A stretch of DNA of 64,000 nt from Leptolyngbyaceae cyanobacterium (lineage in GTDB: Bacteria > Cyanobacteriota > Cyanobacteriia > Phormidesmidales > Phormidesmidaceae), in the NCBI GenBank assembly GCA_965263355.1, contig CBDHHL010000056.1, positions 2,304,001 through 2,368,000 on the forward strand, in the 5' to 3' direction. The stretch's first letter is position 1. Every line of letters begins with the position of its first letter. Shown piece after piece: positions 22,517-31,531 of the stretch. The position numbers and the translations under genes were made by a program. A model generated the notes under the pieces. The model was not told where the DNA came from. It did no database searches and saw only the letters and a list, made by a program, of their open reading frames with translations.

Positions 22517-23215
22517 CTATCCTAATGCTTGCATCAACGGTGACCATGCTGAAATATCGGCCATAAGGGTACGATACCCTAAAACATTTGGATGTAACCC
22601 ATCTTCACAAAGTCGCTCGTTGCACCAAGCCTGTCCTTTCGATTTCCATCGCTGAAACAGGTCTAAATAAGGAATCTCCCTGGCTTCACAAGCATGACGA
22701 GTCATTTGATTGTAATGAGCCTGATCAATACTGGAAAAGTAAAGTACATCTGCATAGGGCATCGGCGCTTCATTTACAGGCACCATTCCTACAAAATAAG
22801 TGGGGCAGAGTTGACTGGCTTGATCCAATAAACCGTGTAGCTCTCGGGTAAATGTAACCTCATCCGTCATCTGACGTCCCGTAGGTCTCCCCAAACGTGC
22901 ACTATCATTTAAGCCCACTGACAACACTAAAACGTCAGGCACTCGACGACGCAGTTCACCACGCAGCTTAAATTCACCTTCTAGTCTTGTGGCAACTTGC
23001 TTCACGCCATCGCCCCGAACACCCAAGTTATAAATAATTGGACCTGGCTGTGATGGATCCATCCATTGGCGACGCAAACGTTCAACCCAGCCACCCCCCT
23101 CAGTATCACCATAACCATAGATCAGGCTGTCGCCCACTATAACGACTTTTTTAGGATGAGCTGTTTTAGGTTGACAACCAGGAGCAACAGCAGCACGAGC
23201 AACAAGAGCAGCCAT
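22517..23215 (-). CDS. GDSL/SGNH hydrolase
   Basis: GDSL, NLGVRG, GLND, DGLHP. Confidence 0.88.
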   Translation of the reverse strand: MAALVARAAVAPGCQPKTAHPKKVVIVGDSLIYGYGDTEGGGWVERLRRQWMDPSQPGPIIYNLGVRGDGVKQVATRLEGEFKLRGELRRRVPDVLVLSVGLNDSARLGRPTGRQMTDEVTFTRELHGLLDQASQLCPTYFVGMVPVNEAPMPYADVLYFSSIDQAHYNQMTRHACEAREIPYLDLFQRWKSKGQAWCNERLCEDGLHPNVLGYRTLMADISAWSPLMQALG

Positions 23216-23376
23216 AGGAGACTTTAAAAAGAGCGGAATAACGGAACTAATGACGTTAGCCCCAGGAGCAAGTCCTTATATGTAGACTCCCGCAAATTAA
23301 CATTTTGTACCGCTTATTTTCAAATCTTTATGGTTATAAGCATATTTCGTGAATCTTGTAAGTATTTTGCATAATA

Positions 23377-23408
23377 ATTCCCCCGGCGCGATCTCACCCC
23401 GGGGGAAT
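23377..23408 (-). terminator. GC-rich hairpin downstream of gifA
   Basis: ATTCCCCCGG...CCGGGGGAAT inverted repeat. Confidence 0.6.
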
Positions 23409-23434
23409 ATTCATTTCAAACAGTAGAACAATCG

Positions 23435-23635
23435 CTAGCTCATGGCCGCATGGCTTCGACCATAGATATGCTGTACATCATACCTGGGCTTACCTTGAAT
23501 TCTAATGCCTGCACCGATTGCATCGATGGGCATACCTACATCAGTAGCAGCACGGCTCAACAAAGAACGCTGTCGATTAGTAACAGCATGGCGATTACAA
23601 GCGATGCGAAGTCTGGCAGATTCCTGAATAGACAT
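23435..23635 (-). CDS. gifA: glutamine synthetase inactivating factor IF7
   Basis: 66 aa MSIQESAR...NRQRSLLSRAATDVG...IQGKP...YGRSHAAMS matches the IF7 pattern; GGAGG RBS; next to glnA; NtcA box over promoter. Confidence 0.9.
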   Translation of the reverse strand: MSIQESARLRIACNRHAVTNRQRSLLSRAATDVGMPIDAIGAGIRIQGKPRYDVQHIYGRSHAAMS

Positions 23636-23704
23636 CCCTATTAACCTCCTACAAAAGTGATTTCAGAGGCACCGTTAGAGTGCCACACAATCTTTTCATC
23701 TTCA

Positions 23705-23744
23705 ATTATAGTCAATAAAACCGTATAAAATGATACGGTTTTAT
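23705..23744 (-). promoter_or_regulatory. gifA promoter: TATAAT -10 with NtcA site in repressing position
   Basis: GTA-TAAAATGA-TAC at 23723-23736 within a 12-bp-arm palindrome; minus-strand TATAAT at 23705-23710. Confidence 0.8.
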
Positions 23745-24116
23745 GATTAAATCAAAAAATAAATATTAAGTTTTGAATATGCGTTGTCAATATTTTCTAT
23801 ATCTTGTTGCTGTCTACCGCTAATTTTTTAACCTCATACAAAATCTGGGTATCCACTCAAGCTGGGAAATTCTGGTTAAGTAGGAATCTAGAATCCAGGA
23901 GCCAGAATTTAGAAGGGATATGGCTTCTGGCTCCTGACTTCTGATGTCTATCCTTAGGAAAACTTCCCGCTTTAAGTTGGTACCCCAAAATCTTGGCTAT
24001 CTGCACCCAATATCGGAAGGCATCCATAAGAGAGTGCCCCTCAAGACTGATACATTGTTTATCAGCGTTAATGAACTCGGATTTGGTATCACACAGCACT
24101 AGAAACATTGAGCAAT

Positions 24117-24148
24117 AAAAAACGCCAGCATTTAGGCTGGCGTTTTTT
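24117..24148 (-). terminator. bidirectional terminator after glnA
   Basis: AAAAAACGCCAGC-ATTTAG-GCTGGCGTTTTTT. Confidence 0.85.
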
Positions 24149-24188
24149 ACTTAAGTATTAAGTGAGCAATAAATTGCAGACGAATCGC

Positions 24189-25610
24189 TTAGCAATCGTA
24201 GTAGAGCGCTAACTCATAGGGGTGAGGACGAATATCCATGGGGATAACTTCCGTATCAAGCTTGTAGGAAATCCAGTTTTGGATAAAGTCTTCTGTGAAG
24301 ACTCCCCCTTGAGTCAAAAATTCATGATCAGTTTCTAATGCCGATAATGCTTCCTTCAAAGACCCTGGAGTGGATGCAATCTTAGCCAACTCTTCAGGGC
24401 TAAGCTCATAGATATCTTGATCAATAGGAGCAGGGGGCTCAATCTGATTCTTAATTCCATCGATACCAGCACAAAGCATTGCCGCAAAGGCCAGGTAAGG
24501 ATTAGATGTTGGATCAGGACAGCGGAACTCTAAACGCTTAGCCTTAGGACTATCACCAGACAGGGGAATCCGAATTGCAGCAGAACGGTTACCATTGGAG
24601 TACACCAAGTTAACAGGTGCCTCAAAACCAGGCACTAAACGCTTATAAGAATTTGTACTGGGATTGGAAAATGCTAGTACTGCAGGTGCATGCTTAAGTA
24701 GGCCACCAATATACCAAGTGGCTAACTGACTGAGGCCTGCATACATATCACCCGCCATTAATGGTTGTCCATCCTTCCAAATGGATTGGTGAGTGTGCAT
24801 CCCAGAACCGTTGTCCTCAAACAAAGGTTTCGGCATAAAGGTAACAGTCTTGCCGTACTTTTTCGCGACATTCTTGATGCAGTACTTGTAGGTCATCAAC
24901 CAGTCAGCTGCTTGGATCATTTCCCCAAAGCGGAAACCTAGTTCACACTGACCACCCGTTGCCACCTCATGGTGATGCTTCTCAATGGGCACACCACAAG
25001 CTGCCATAGTCAATAGCATCTCAGTCCGCATGTCTTGGGAAGTGTCGGTAGGAGACACTGGGAAATACCCGCCCTTATAAGCAGGCTTATATCCTAAGTT
25101 ACCGCCCTCTTCTTCACGCCCCGTATTCCAACGGCCTTCAACGGTGTCTACATGGTAGTAGCTGGCATTGGACGTGGTATCAAAGCGAACATCATCAAAA
25201 ATAAAGAACTCAGCTTCAGGGCCAAAATAAGCGGTGTCACCTATGCCGCTGGCCTTTAGATAATCCAATGCTTTTTGAGCAATTACACGGGGACAACGGT
25301 CGTACCACTCGCCAGTACGTGGCTCCTTAATCGAGCAAACCAAACTTAGGGTAGGCTCCTTCATAAAGGGATCAATCCAAGCCGTCGCCGGGTCAGGCAC
25401 CATCGACATGTCAGACTCGTTAATGGCCTTCCACCCACGGATACTTGAGCCATCAAATGCCACTCCATCGGTAAAGCTACTTTCATCAATCTGGCTGCGA
25501 TGCACCGTGAGGTGTTGCCAAATACCAGGCAAATCGATGAACTTCAGATCAATCATCTGGATGTCTTGATCGTTGATCATCTGCAAAACTTCTGCGGCAG
25601 TTTGAGCCAT
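24189..25610 (-). CDS. glnA: glutamine synthetase type I
   Basis: [39 protein letters not shown]. Confidence 0.99.
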   Translation of the reverse strand: MAQTAAEVLQMINDQDIQMIDLKFIDLPGIWQHLTVHRSQIDESSFTDGVAFDGSSIRGWKAINESDMSMVPDPATAWIDPFMKEPTLSLVCSIKEPRTGEWYDRCPRVIAQKALDYLKASGIGDTAYFGPEAEFFIFDDVRFDTTSNASYYHVDTVEGRWNTGREEEGGNLGYKPAYKGGYFPVSPTDTSQDMRTEMLLTMAACGVPIEKHHHEVATGGQCELGFRFGEMIQAADWLMTYKYCIKNVAKKYGKTVTFMPKPLFEDNGSGMHTHQSIWKDGQPLMAGDMYAGLSQLATWYIGGLLKHAPAVLAFSNPSTNSYKRLVPGFEAPVNLVYSNGNRSAAIRIPLSGDSPKAKRLEFRCPDPTSNPYLAFAAMLCAGIDGIKNQIEPPAPIDQDIYELSPEELAKIASTPGSLKEALSALETDHEFLTQGGVFTEDFIQNWISYKLDTEVIPMDIRPHPYELALYYDC

Positions 25611-25942
25611 GGATTACTCCTTATATATGCATTCACTAAAGCCGTCTTTGAACTTCTTGAGGGAAATGTAGGCTTTGCAGTACGGACAGGCCAACACGTT
25701 TAACGGCCAAAACATTAAACAATGAGTGAGACCGAAAATGTGTACCTATTAGAAATTTTCTATATTCCTAAGTAGCGGCAAGCATATTCGCTCAACTCGG
25801 GCCACCTGACATGGCAAACAGAGAACTTCACTCATCCCCATACAACCCTTGAAACCGGCTAAGATTCAAAGGCTAGCCAGACCATTCAACAAAGCACTGC
25901 GTTTGAGTAAACATCAGTATTGACTCTGCCTAGGCTGGGATA

Positions 25943-25985
25943 ATCCTAGGAACAGTAATAACGAGCGATTGTATCTCTTGTTACA
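25943..25985 (-). promoter_or_regulatory. NtcA-activated promoter of glnA
   Basis: minus strand TGTAACAAGAGATAC-N22-TAGGAT fits GTA-N8-TAC-N22-TAN3T. Confidence 0.85.
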
Positions 25986-26392
25986 AATTCAGGTTTTCTC
26001 TACATGCTGGCGGGGCAATTCAGACAACTCCTTCCACCTGAGGTGCAACAAACAATTGTTGCGAAACATTGCACATTGTAAAAAATAAGTAGCCCAATCC
26101 CTGTCTCGCTATGGTGTTTTGTCTGCTGTTTAATCCACCGTGGTAAACTAAGTTCTGGTATTTGAGTGTTGATAAGCGTTGTCGCTGAACGAGTTTCAGG
26201 ATTTATATGGCAGCGGCAAGACACTTGAAAAATACTTAGACAAGCAGCCAGATAGCTCTTGCGTTTGTTCTCATATTTAGTTCATTCCAATGGCTGATCA
26301 ATGCTTGAACAAGGACTTTCACCCCTAGTTTGGTTATAAGTTCCTACTTGATTTTTTGAGTCGCACATTAATCGCATCGGGAGAAAGGTTTC

Positions 26393-26902
26393 ATGCGGGA
26401 TACGGTGACGGGTTTAATTAGCACCTACGACATCACAGGTCGTTACCTCGATCGCGACGCCATCGCTTCTCTAAAGTCTTATTTTGAGAGTGGTGCTGAT
26501 CGAGTTAAAGCTGCAGCCTATGTCAGTGCCAATGCATCTAGCTTAGTAAAAGCTACTGCTACTGCGTTATATGAGCGAGTGCCTGAATTACTTCGTCCGG
26601 GGGGCAACTCCTACACCACGCGGCGCTATGCAGCGTGCCTACGAGATTTGGATTACTACCTGCGCTATAGCAGCTATGCCCTTGTAGCAGGCAATTGTGA
26701 TGTTCTGACAGAGCGGGTACTCAATGGTCTACGTGAAACCTATAATTCTTTGGAAGTGCCTGTGGGACCCACAGTTATTGCCATACAGATTATGAAGGAT
26801 GTCCTGAAAGAGCAGCTAGCGGCCCAAGGAATTGGGGACACTACATTTGTAGATGCGCCGTTTGACCATCTTGCCCGTGAACTAGGCGAAGTCAGTGTGT
26901 AA
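26393..26902 (+). CDS. apcF: allophycocyanin beta-18 subunit
   Basis: YDITGRYLDR, RPGGNSYTTRRYAACLRD; 169 aa; divergent from glnA. Confidence 0.95.
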   Translation: MRDTVTGLISTYDITGRYLDRDAIASLKSYFESGADRVKAAAYVSANASSLVKATATALYERVPELLRPGGNSYTTRRYAACLRDLDYYLRYSSYALVAGNCDVLTERVLNGLRETYNSLEVPVGPTVIAIQIMKDVLKEQLAAQGIGDTTFVDAPFDHLARELGEVSV

Positions 26903-26928
26903 GCCTATCTAAGCAAAATAGTTTTGCA

Positions 26929-26959
26929 ATGAGGTACTCAGTCGAGTACCTCATTTTTT
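26929..26959 (+). terminator. terminator after apcF
   Basis: ATGAGGTACTC-AGTC-GAGTACCTCAT followed by T-run. Confidence 0.85.
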
Positions 26960-26969
26960 ATGCTTGTTT

Positions 26970-28217
26970 ATGAATTATTTGGGAATTGATTTTGGCACCT
27001 CAGGTGCACGGGCGATCGCAATTGATGTACAGGGACAAGTTGTTGGGGAAACACGCGCTCAGTACCCATCGCTAGAACCTAATGCACACGGATGGGAGCA
27101 AACATTATGGGCGTTGATTGCTCAGATACCAGGGGATGTGCGGCAAAAGATCAGCGCAATTGCCATTGATGGCACGTCGGCTACGGTTTTGCTATGCGAT
27201 CGCAATCACAAACCGCTCACGCCTCCCCTGCTCTATAACGATGCTCGTGGCGGTGTCCCCACGGTTGCCCCAGCTATGAGCCCCGCCCATAGCGCCACAT
27301 CTAGTCTGGCTAAGGCCCTGTGGTGGCAACACAATCTACCTGGCAGTTTGCTTGCCGATGCCCGTTTCCTAGTCCATCAAGCCGATTGGATCAGCAGCCT
27401 ACTCCATGGCCAACCTGGCATCAGTGATCATAACAACGCCCTGAAATTGGGATTTGATCCACAGACCTTGAACTATCCTGCCTGGCTCACAACCCTAGAA
27501 CTAATAAGTGATTGGCTACCACGTGTGATCGCACCAGGCGCAGCCGTCGCACCGATTCAAGCCCATCTTGCTAAGCATTTTGGACTGCCGGTCAACTGCA
27601 TGATCAAAACCGGCACAACCGATAGCATTGCTGCTTTCCTAGCCAGCGGTGCCAGGTCCATAGGAGACGCTGTCACTTCCCTGGGCTCCACGCTAGTTCT
27701 CAAATTGTTAAGTTCTGTTGCTATCAACGACTTTGCCAGTGGCATATACAGCCATCGTCTTGGCAACAAATGGCTGGTGGGTGGAGCATCCAATACAGGT
27801 GGGGCAGTCTTAAGCCACTACTTTAGTGATAATGAATTGCGCTTACTGAGTAAACAAATCAACACTAGCCAACCTAGCGGCTGCGATTATTATCCCCTCA
27901 TCAGCACTGGCGAACGATTTCCTATCAACGACCCCAACCTAAAACCACAATTGACACCCCGTCCCACAGACCCAGTAAAGTTTCTCCATGGCTTACTAGA
28001 AAGCATGGCCAGGATCGAAGCCCTAGGCTATCAAAAACTTATAGCCCTGGGCAGTGGCCCTATCAAGCGAATCTACACAGCCGGAGGTGGGGCCCAAAAT
28101 ACCGCATGGCAGACGTTACGTTCTCAGGCTCTCAGCACTCCGTTAGTGCCATCACTGCACACTGAAGCAGCCTACGGAACTGCATGTCTAGCCGCCGGAT
28201 TAGTTAGCCACGGCTAG
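26970..28217 (+). CDS. FGGY family carbohydrate kinase
   Basis: LGIDFGTSG, IDGTS, GTTDSIAA, GERFP, AGGGA. Confidence 0.9.
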   Translation: MNYLGIDFGTSGARAIAIDVQGQVVGETRAQYPSLEPNAHGWEQTLWALIAQIPGDVRQKISAIAIDGTSATVLLCDRNHKPLTPPLLYNDARGGVPTVAPAMSPAHSATSSLAKALWWQHNLPGSLLADARFLVHQADWISSLLHGQPGISDHNNALKLGFDPQTLNYPAWLTTLELISDWLPRVIAPGAAVAPIQAHLAKHFGLPVNCMIKTGTTDSIAAFLASGARSIGDAVTSLGSTLVLKLLSSVAINDFASGIYSHRLGNKWLVGGASNTGGAVLSHYFSDNELRLLSKQINTSQPSGCDYYPLISTGERFPINDPNLKPQLTPRPTDPVKFLHGLLESMARIEALGYQKLIALGSGPIKRIYTAGGGAQNTAWQTLRSQALSTPLVPSLHTEAAYGTACLAAGLVSHG

Positions 28218-28312
28218 ACCGTAAAACTGCCGCTATCCATGATTGTCAGCAAAAAGCCAATGTTCACTATGAACACTGGCTCAGTAAAAGCTCTTATCAA
28301 AAAAACTCAGCT

Positions 28313-28426
28313 CTAGAAGTTGAGCTGATCACCACGGCGATACTGCATATAGGCAGCGACAAACAAACCGGCCAACGTTACCGGAATTAGACCCAAAACA
28401 ATTCCTGATAGTAAAGGTTCAATCAC
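28313..28426 (-). CDS. petG: cytochrome b6f subunit V PetG (absent from ORF track)
   Basis: hand translation from [40 protein letters not shown]. Confidence 0.97.
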   Translation of the reverse strand: MIEPLLSGIVLGLIPVTLAGLFVAAYMQYRRGDQLNF

Positions 28427-28718
28427 GCCGCATTTTCCTCAATGACTTACAAGCTAACAGAAGCAATGACAGCTACACATTACTTCTTCTACCTTTATAT
28501 TAAGACATTGCCTTAATTGAGCCTAGCCCTAGAATCAATTTCCCAATAATTCGGCCAGAGTGAACATCTGGCTCGTTTGCTAAAATTCAGAGCTAAACCA
28601 TTAATAGTTTAATAAAAGCTAAAGATTTCACCCTTATTTTCAAGCTGAAACAACTTGCACTCTCTCCTGAGAAAACTTTAAACTGTGTATCATACGCGTA
28701 ATAAAAAAGTGTTACGTT

Positions 28719-29135
28719 TTGCTTGTGACCCAAAATACTGTCGATAGTCCAGCCATTACTCAGTCCCCCCTGACCAACCAGGATAGTCGGCTGGTTGTAC
28801 AGTTTGCCTTAGCAGCGACTACTATTTTGATATGCATCATCTTAATTGTTTGGGGCATTCACAAGGTCCAGATTTCTGATCCCTACATTCACGATGTTTT
28901 AAATTCTGTGGGCAACCTCGAACGGGGTCAGCAATTGTTTTGGCAGAACTGTGCCACCTGCCATGGTTCAAACGGAGCTGGTGAGGTTGGTCCTGATCTA
29001 CAGAGTGTTTCAGAGCGTAAGTCACAGGTCGCCTTAATTAGACAGGTCATCAGTGGCAAAACTCCACCCATGCCGCAGTTTCAACCCAGTACTCAGGATA
29101 TGGCTGACCTGTTGGTATTTTTAGAAACCTTATAG
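28719..29135 (+). CDS. cytM: cytochrome cM
   Basis: TM anchor, CATCH heme motif, GKTPPMPQFQP; divergent from petG. Confidence 0.85.
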   Translation: MLVTQNTVDSPAITQSPLTNQDSRLVVQFALAATTILICIILIVWGIHKVQISDPYIHDVLNSVGNLERGQQLFWQNCATCHGSNGAGEVGPDLQSVSERKSQVALIRQVISGKTPPMPQFQPSTQDMADLLVFLETL

Positions 29136-29340
29136 GGTTAGGTATTGGCATCGCTAGGTAATCAAAGAACAAGAGGGTGATATCTGCTTGATTTTCACCC
29201 CCTTGTTTTTTGTCATAACGAATACGAAATCCTGGCTACTTACTCAATATGACAGATTGACCACAAAGGGTTGGCTCCAAAGATTGATGCCGTTAGAAAC
29301 GGGGTCAATTTGCGGATTTGGGGTAGCGGATCAATGTCAC

Positions 29341-30399
29341 CTAACCTTGCCGACCGGTACGTTCTAGACCTAATTGAATCAACTGATCCACAAGCTGAGC
29401 AAACTCAATCCCAGACGCTTGCCATAGCATAGGATACATACTAGTCGCAGTGAATCCTGGAAAAGTATTGATTTCATTGATGAGTACTTCGCCAGTACTC
29501 TCTACATAGAAAAAATCTACCCGTGACAAACCAGCCCCATCAATGGCTTGAAATGCTTGAACAGCCTGCTCCTGAATAGTGGTTACCACATCACTTGGCA
29601 GCGGTGCCGGAATCGCTAAATCGGCTTGACCACTGGTGTACTTGGTCTCGTAGTCATAGAAATCGGCATCAAAGCTAATTTCACCAATGACTGATGCCTT
29701 CGGATTGTCATTGCCCAGAATTGCACATTCCACTTCACGGGCAATGACACCAGCTTCCACAATAATGCGGCGATCATAACTGGCGGCACTATCAAGGGCT
29801 GCCTCTAGTTCTTGACGATCCTTAGCTTTGGCAATACCTACAGATGAGCCCAAGTTAGCAGGTTTTACAAAGCATGGATAGCCGAGGTTATCTTCTATCT
29901 GATCGCATAGCTTCGGAAAAACGCAGGGATTGGAATAGACTTGCGATCGCAACACCTCGATATAGTTCACCTGGGGCAATCCCACCTGTGCAAACGCAGA
30001 CTTCATCGCCAGCTTATCCATACCCACTGCCGCAGCCAAGACGCCACAGCCCACATAGGGAACCTGCATCAGCTCAAACAGTCCCTGAATCGTTCCATCC
30101 TCACCATTGGGTCCATGGAGCACAGGGAACCAGATATCCACATCAGTTGCTAACTTCGGTAGGCGATCGATAAGTGATATTTCATCCGTCCCAATCACTA
30201 ATGGCTTACCGGAAGTCAATACATCCTGGGCATCCATAACCCACACACCATCCTTACGGATATAAACGGGTAGGATTTCATACTTCTCAAAATTCCCCTT
30301 GAGGCTTAACCCATGGGCAATCGCCTGGGCCGAACAAATAGATACCTCATGCTCTCCAGAACAACCACCAAACAATAAGCCTACGCGCATTTTTGCCAT
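29341..30399 (-). CDS. ddl: D-alanine--D-alanine ligase
   Basis: [36 protein letters not shown]. Confidence 0.96.
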   Translation of the reverse strand: MAKMRVGLLFGGCSGEHEVSICSAQAIAHGLSLKGNFEKYEILPVYIRKDGVWVMDAQDVLTSGKPLVIGTDEISLIDRLPKLATDVDIWFPVLHGPNGEDGTIQGLFELMQVPYVGCGVLAAAVGMDKLAMKSAFAQVGLPQVNYIEVLRSQVYSNPCVFPKLCDQIEDNLGYPCFVKPANLGSSVGIAKAKDRQELEAALDSAASYDRRIIVEAGVIAREVECAILGNDNPKASVIGEISFDADFYDYETKYTSGQADLAIPAPLPSDVVTTIQEQAVQAFQAIDGAGLSRVDFFYVESTGEVLINEINTFPGFTATSMYPMLWQASGIEFAQLVDQLIQLGLERTGRQG

Positions 30400-30590
30400 C
30401 AAGTCGGCCCCTTTTTACCTAAAAAATAAATTAATGCTGCTTTAGAGACACAACCAAGTCAACGTTCCCCTTGGGGCGTATTGGAGCATCTACTCCATAA
30501 GTAAAAAGCAACACTAAAAAGAATATTAAGAGGTTAACCGATCACAGGCTTAATCTATTCATCACAGGAGTTCTCAAAAGATTACTGGGC

Positions 30591-30649
30591 AAAAAAAACT
30601 CCTAAGCCCTAAAAGGGCTCAGGAGTCAGACATCAGGGTGCATCTACCA
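30591..30649 (-). ncRNA. NsiR1-like sRNA copy 1
   Basis: UGGUAGAUGCACCCUGAUGUCUGA, then hairpin and U8; TCCGGA at 30679-30684. Confidence 0.75.
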
Positions 30650-30767
30650 GCTAACTGTCCACGGCATTCACCCTTACTTCCGGACAGAACAAAAATTAGC
30701 ATGCACATTCTCATAATCCTTTATTTGACTCAACGACTGGACTCCAAATATGACCCTAAAAATTTTG

Positions 30768-30826
30768 AAAAAAAACTCCTAAGCCCTAAAAGGGCTCAGG
30801 AGTCAGACATCAGGGTGCATCTACCA
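30768..30826 (-). ncRNA. NsiR1-like sRNA copy 2
   Basis: same sequence as copy 1; TCCGGA at 30856-30861. Confidence 0.75.
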
Positions 30827-30943
30827 GCTAACTGTCCACGGCATTCACCCCTACTTCCGGACAGAACAAAAATTAGCGTGCACATTCTCACAATCCTTTA
30901 TTTGACTCAACGATTGACTCCAAATATGGCCCTAAAAATTTTG

Positions 30944-31002
30944 AAAAAAAACTCCTAAGCCCTAAAAGGACCCAGGAGTCAGACATCAGGGTGCATCTAC
31001 CA
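30944..31002 (-). ncRNA. NsiR1-like sRNA copy 3
   Basis: two stem substitutions that retain G-U pairing; TCCGGA at 31032-31037. Confidence 0.75.
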
Positions 31003-31139
31003 GCTAACTGTCCACGGCATTCACCCCTACTTCCGGACAGAACAAAAAATCAACTGGCATTCAATCATTGGCATCACTTACCAAAAGAAAGCATCAAGAT
31101 TTTAGAGACCCCGTGAAAAAAACAACATGACCAGAGATA

Positions 31140-31514
31140 ATGCCATTGCACCCTCGACCTTACTCAGGATCTGTGAAATATTTTTTCTTGTCCGACGGCT
31201 GGACCACTGGCAGAGTATGGGAGTTTGGCGGCCTATGGAATGAAATCGCCTGGCAGCGCAAACCAATCATTAAACAGTTAAGGCTTTACATCGAAGAAGC
31301 CACCGAAAAGTTATGGCTATATCAAGTTGAAGACGACGTCTTAATGGTCGAAGTTCGGCCTGAAGATGACACGGCGATCCCCATTGGCCAAGTTGTTTTA
31401 AAGCGACTGATAACCGCTGATCAAGTGATCGAAAAGCTATGTGAAAGTAGTCATACTGCTATCACTGCTAACTTAGAGGCTAACCTTCCTAAGCAAGCTA
31501 GTTATCCCTTATAG
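31140..31514 (+). CDS. hypothetical protein
   Basis: YFFLSDGW..GRVWEFGGLW and IGQVVLKRLI look like conserved cyanobacterial motifs; start may be downstream GTG. Confidence 0.7.
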   Translation: MPLHPRPYSGSVKYFFLSDGWTTGRVWEFGGLWNEIAWQRKPIIKQLRLYIEEATEKLWLYQVEDDVLMVEVRPEDDTAIPIGQVVLKRLITADQVIEKLCESSHTAITANLEANLPKQASYPL

Positions 31515-31531
31515 GAACAGAGTGATAAATG

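Larger units (their letters stand above)
30591..31045 (-). repeat. tandem array of ~2.6 units, period 177/176 bp
   Basis: near-identical units starting at ~30591, 30768 and 30944. Confidence 0.95.

Noticed and set aside
23450..23644. 64-aa plus-strand ORF
   Set aside because: Antisense to gifA, which has the RBS, promoter and family resemblance
23885..23945. AGGAGCCAGAA / TTCTGGCTCCT inverted repeat and the 83-aa ORF 23857-24108
   Set aside because: Looks like ordinary cyanobacterial heptamer-type repeats; the ORF has no recognisable features
30591..31045. CRISPR array or coding repeat (ORF 30638-30958)
   Set aside because: Whole 177-bp units repeat with no unique spacers and no cas genes; the second period is 176 bp, which breaks the frame, so the ORF is incidental
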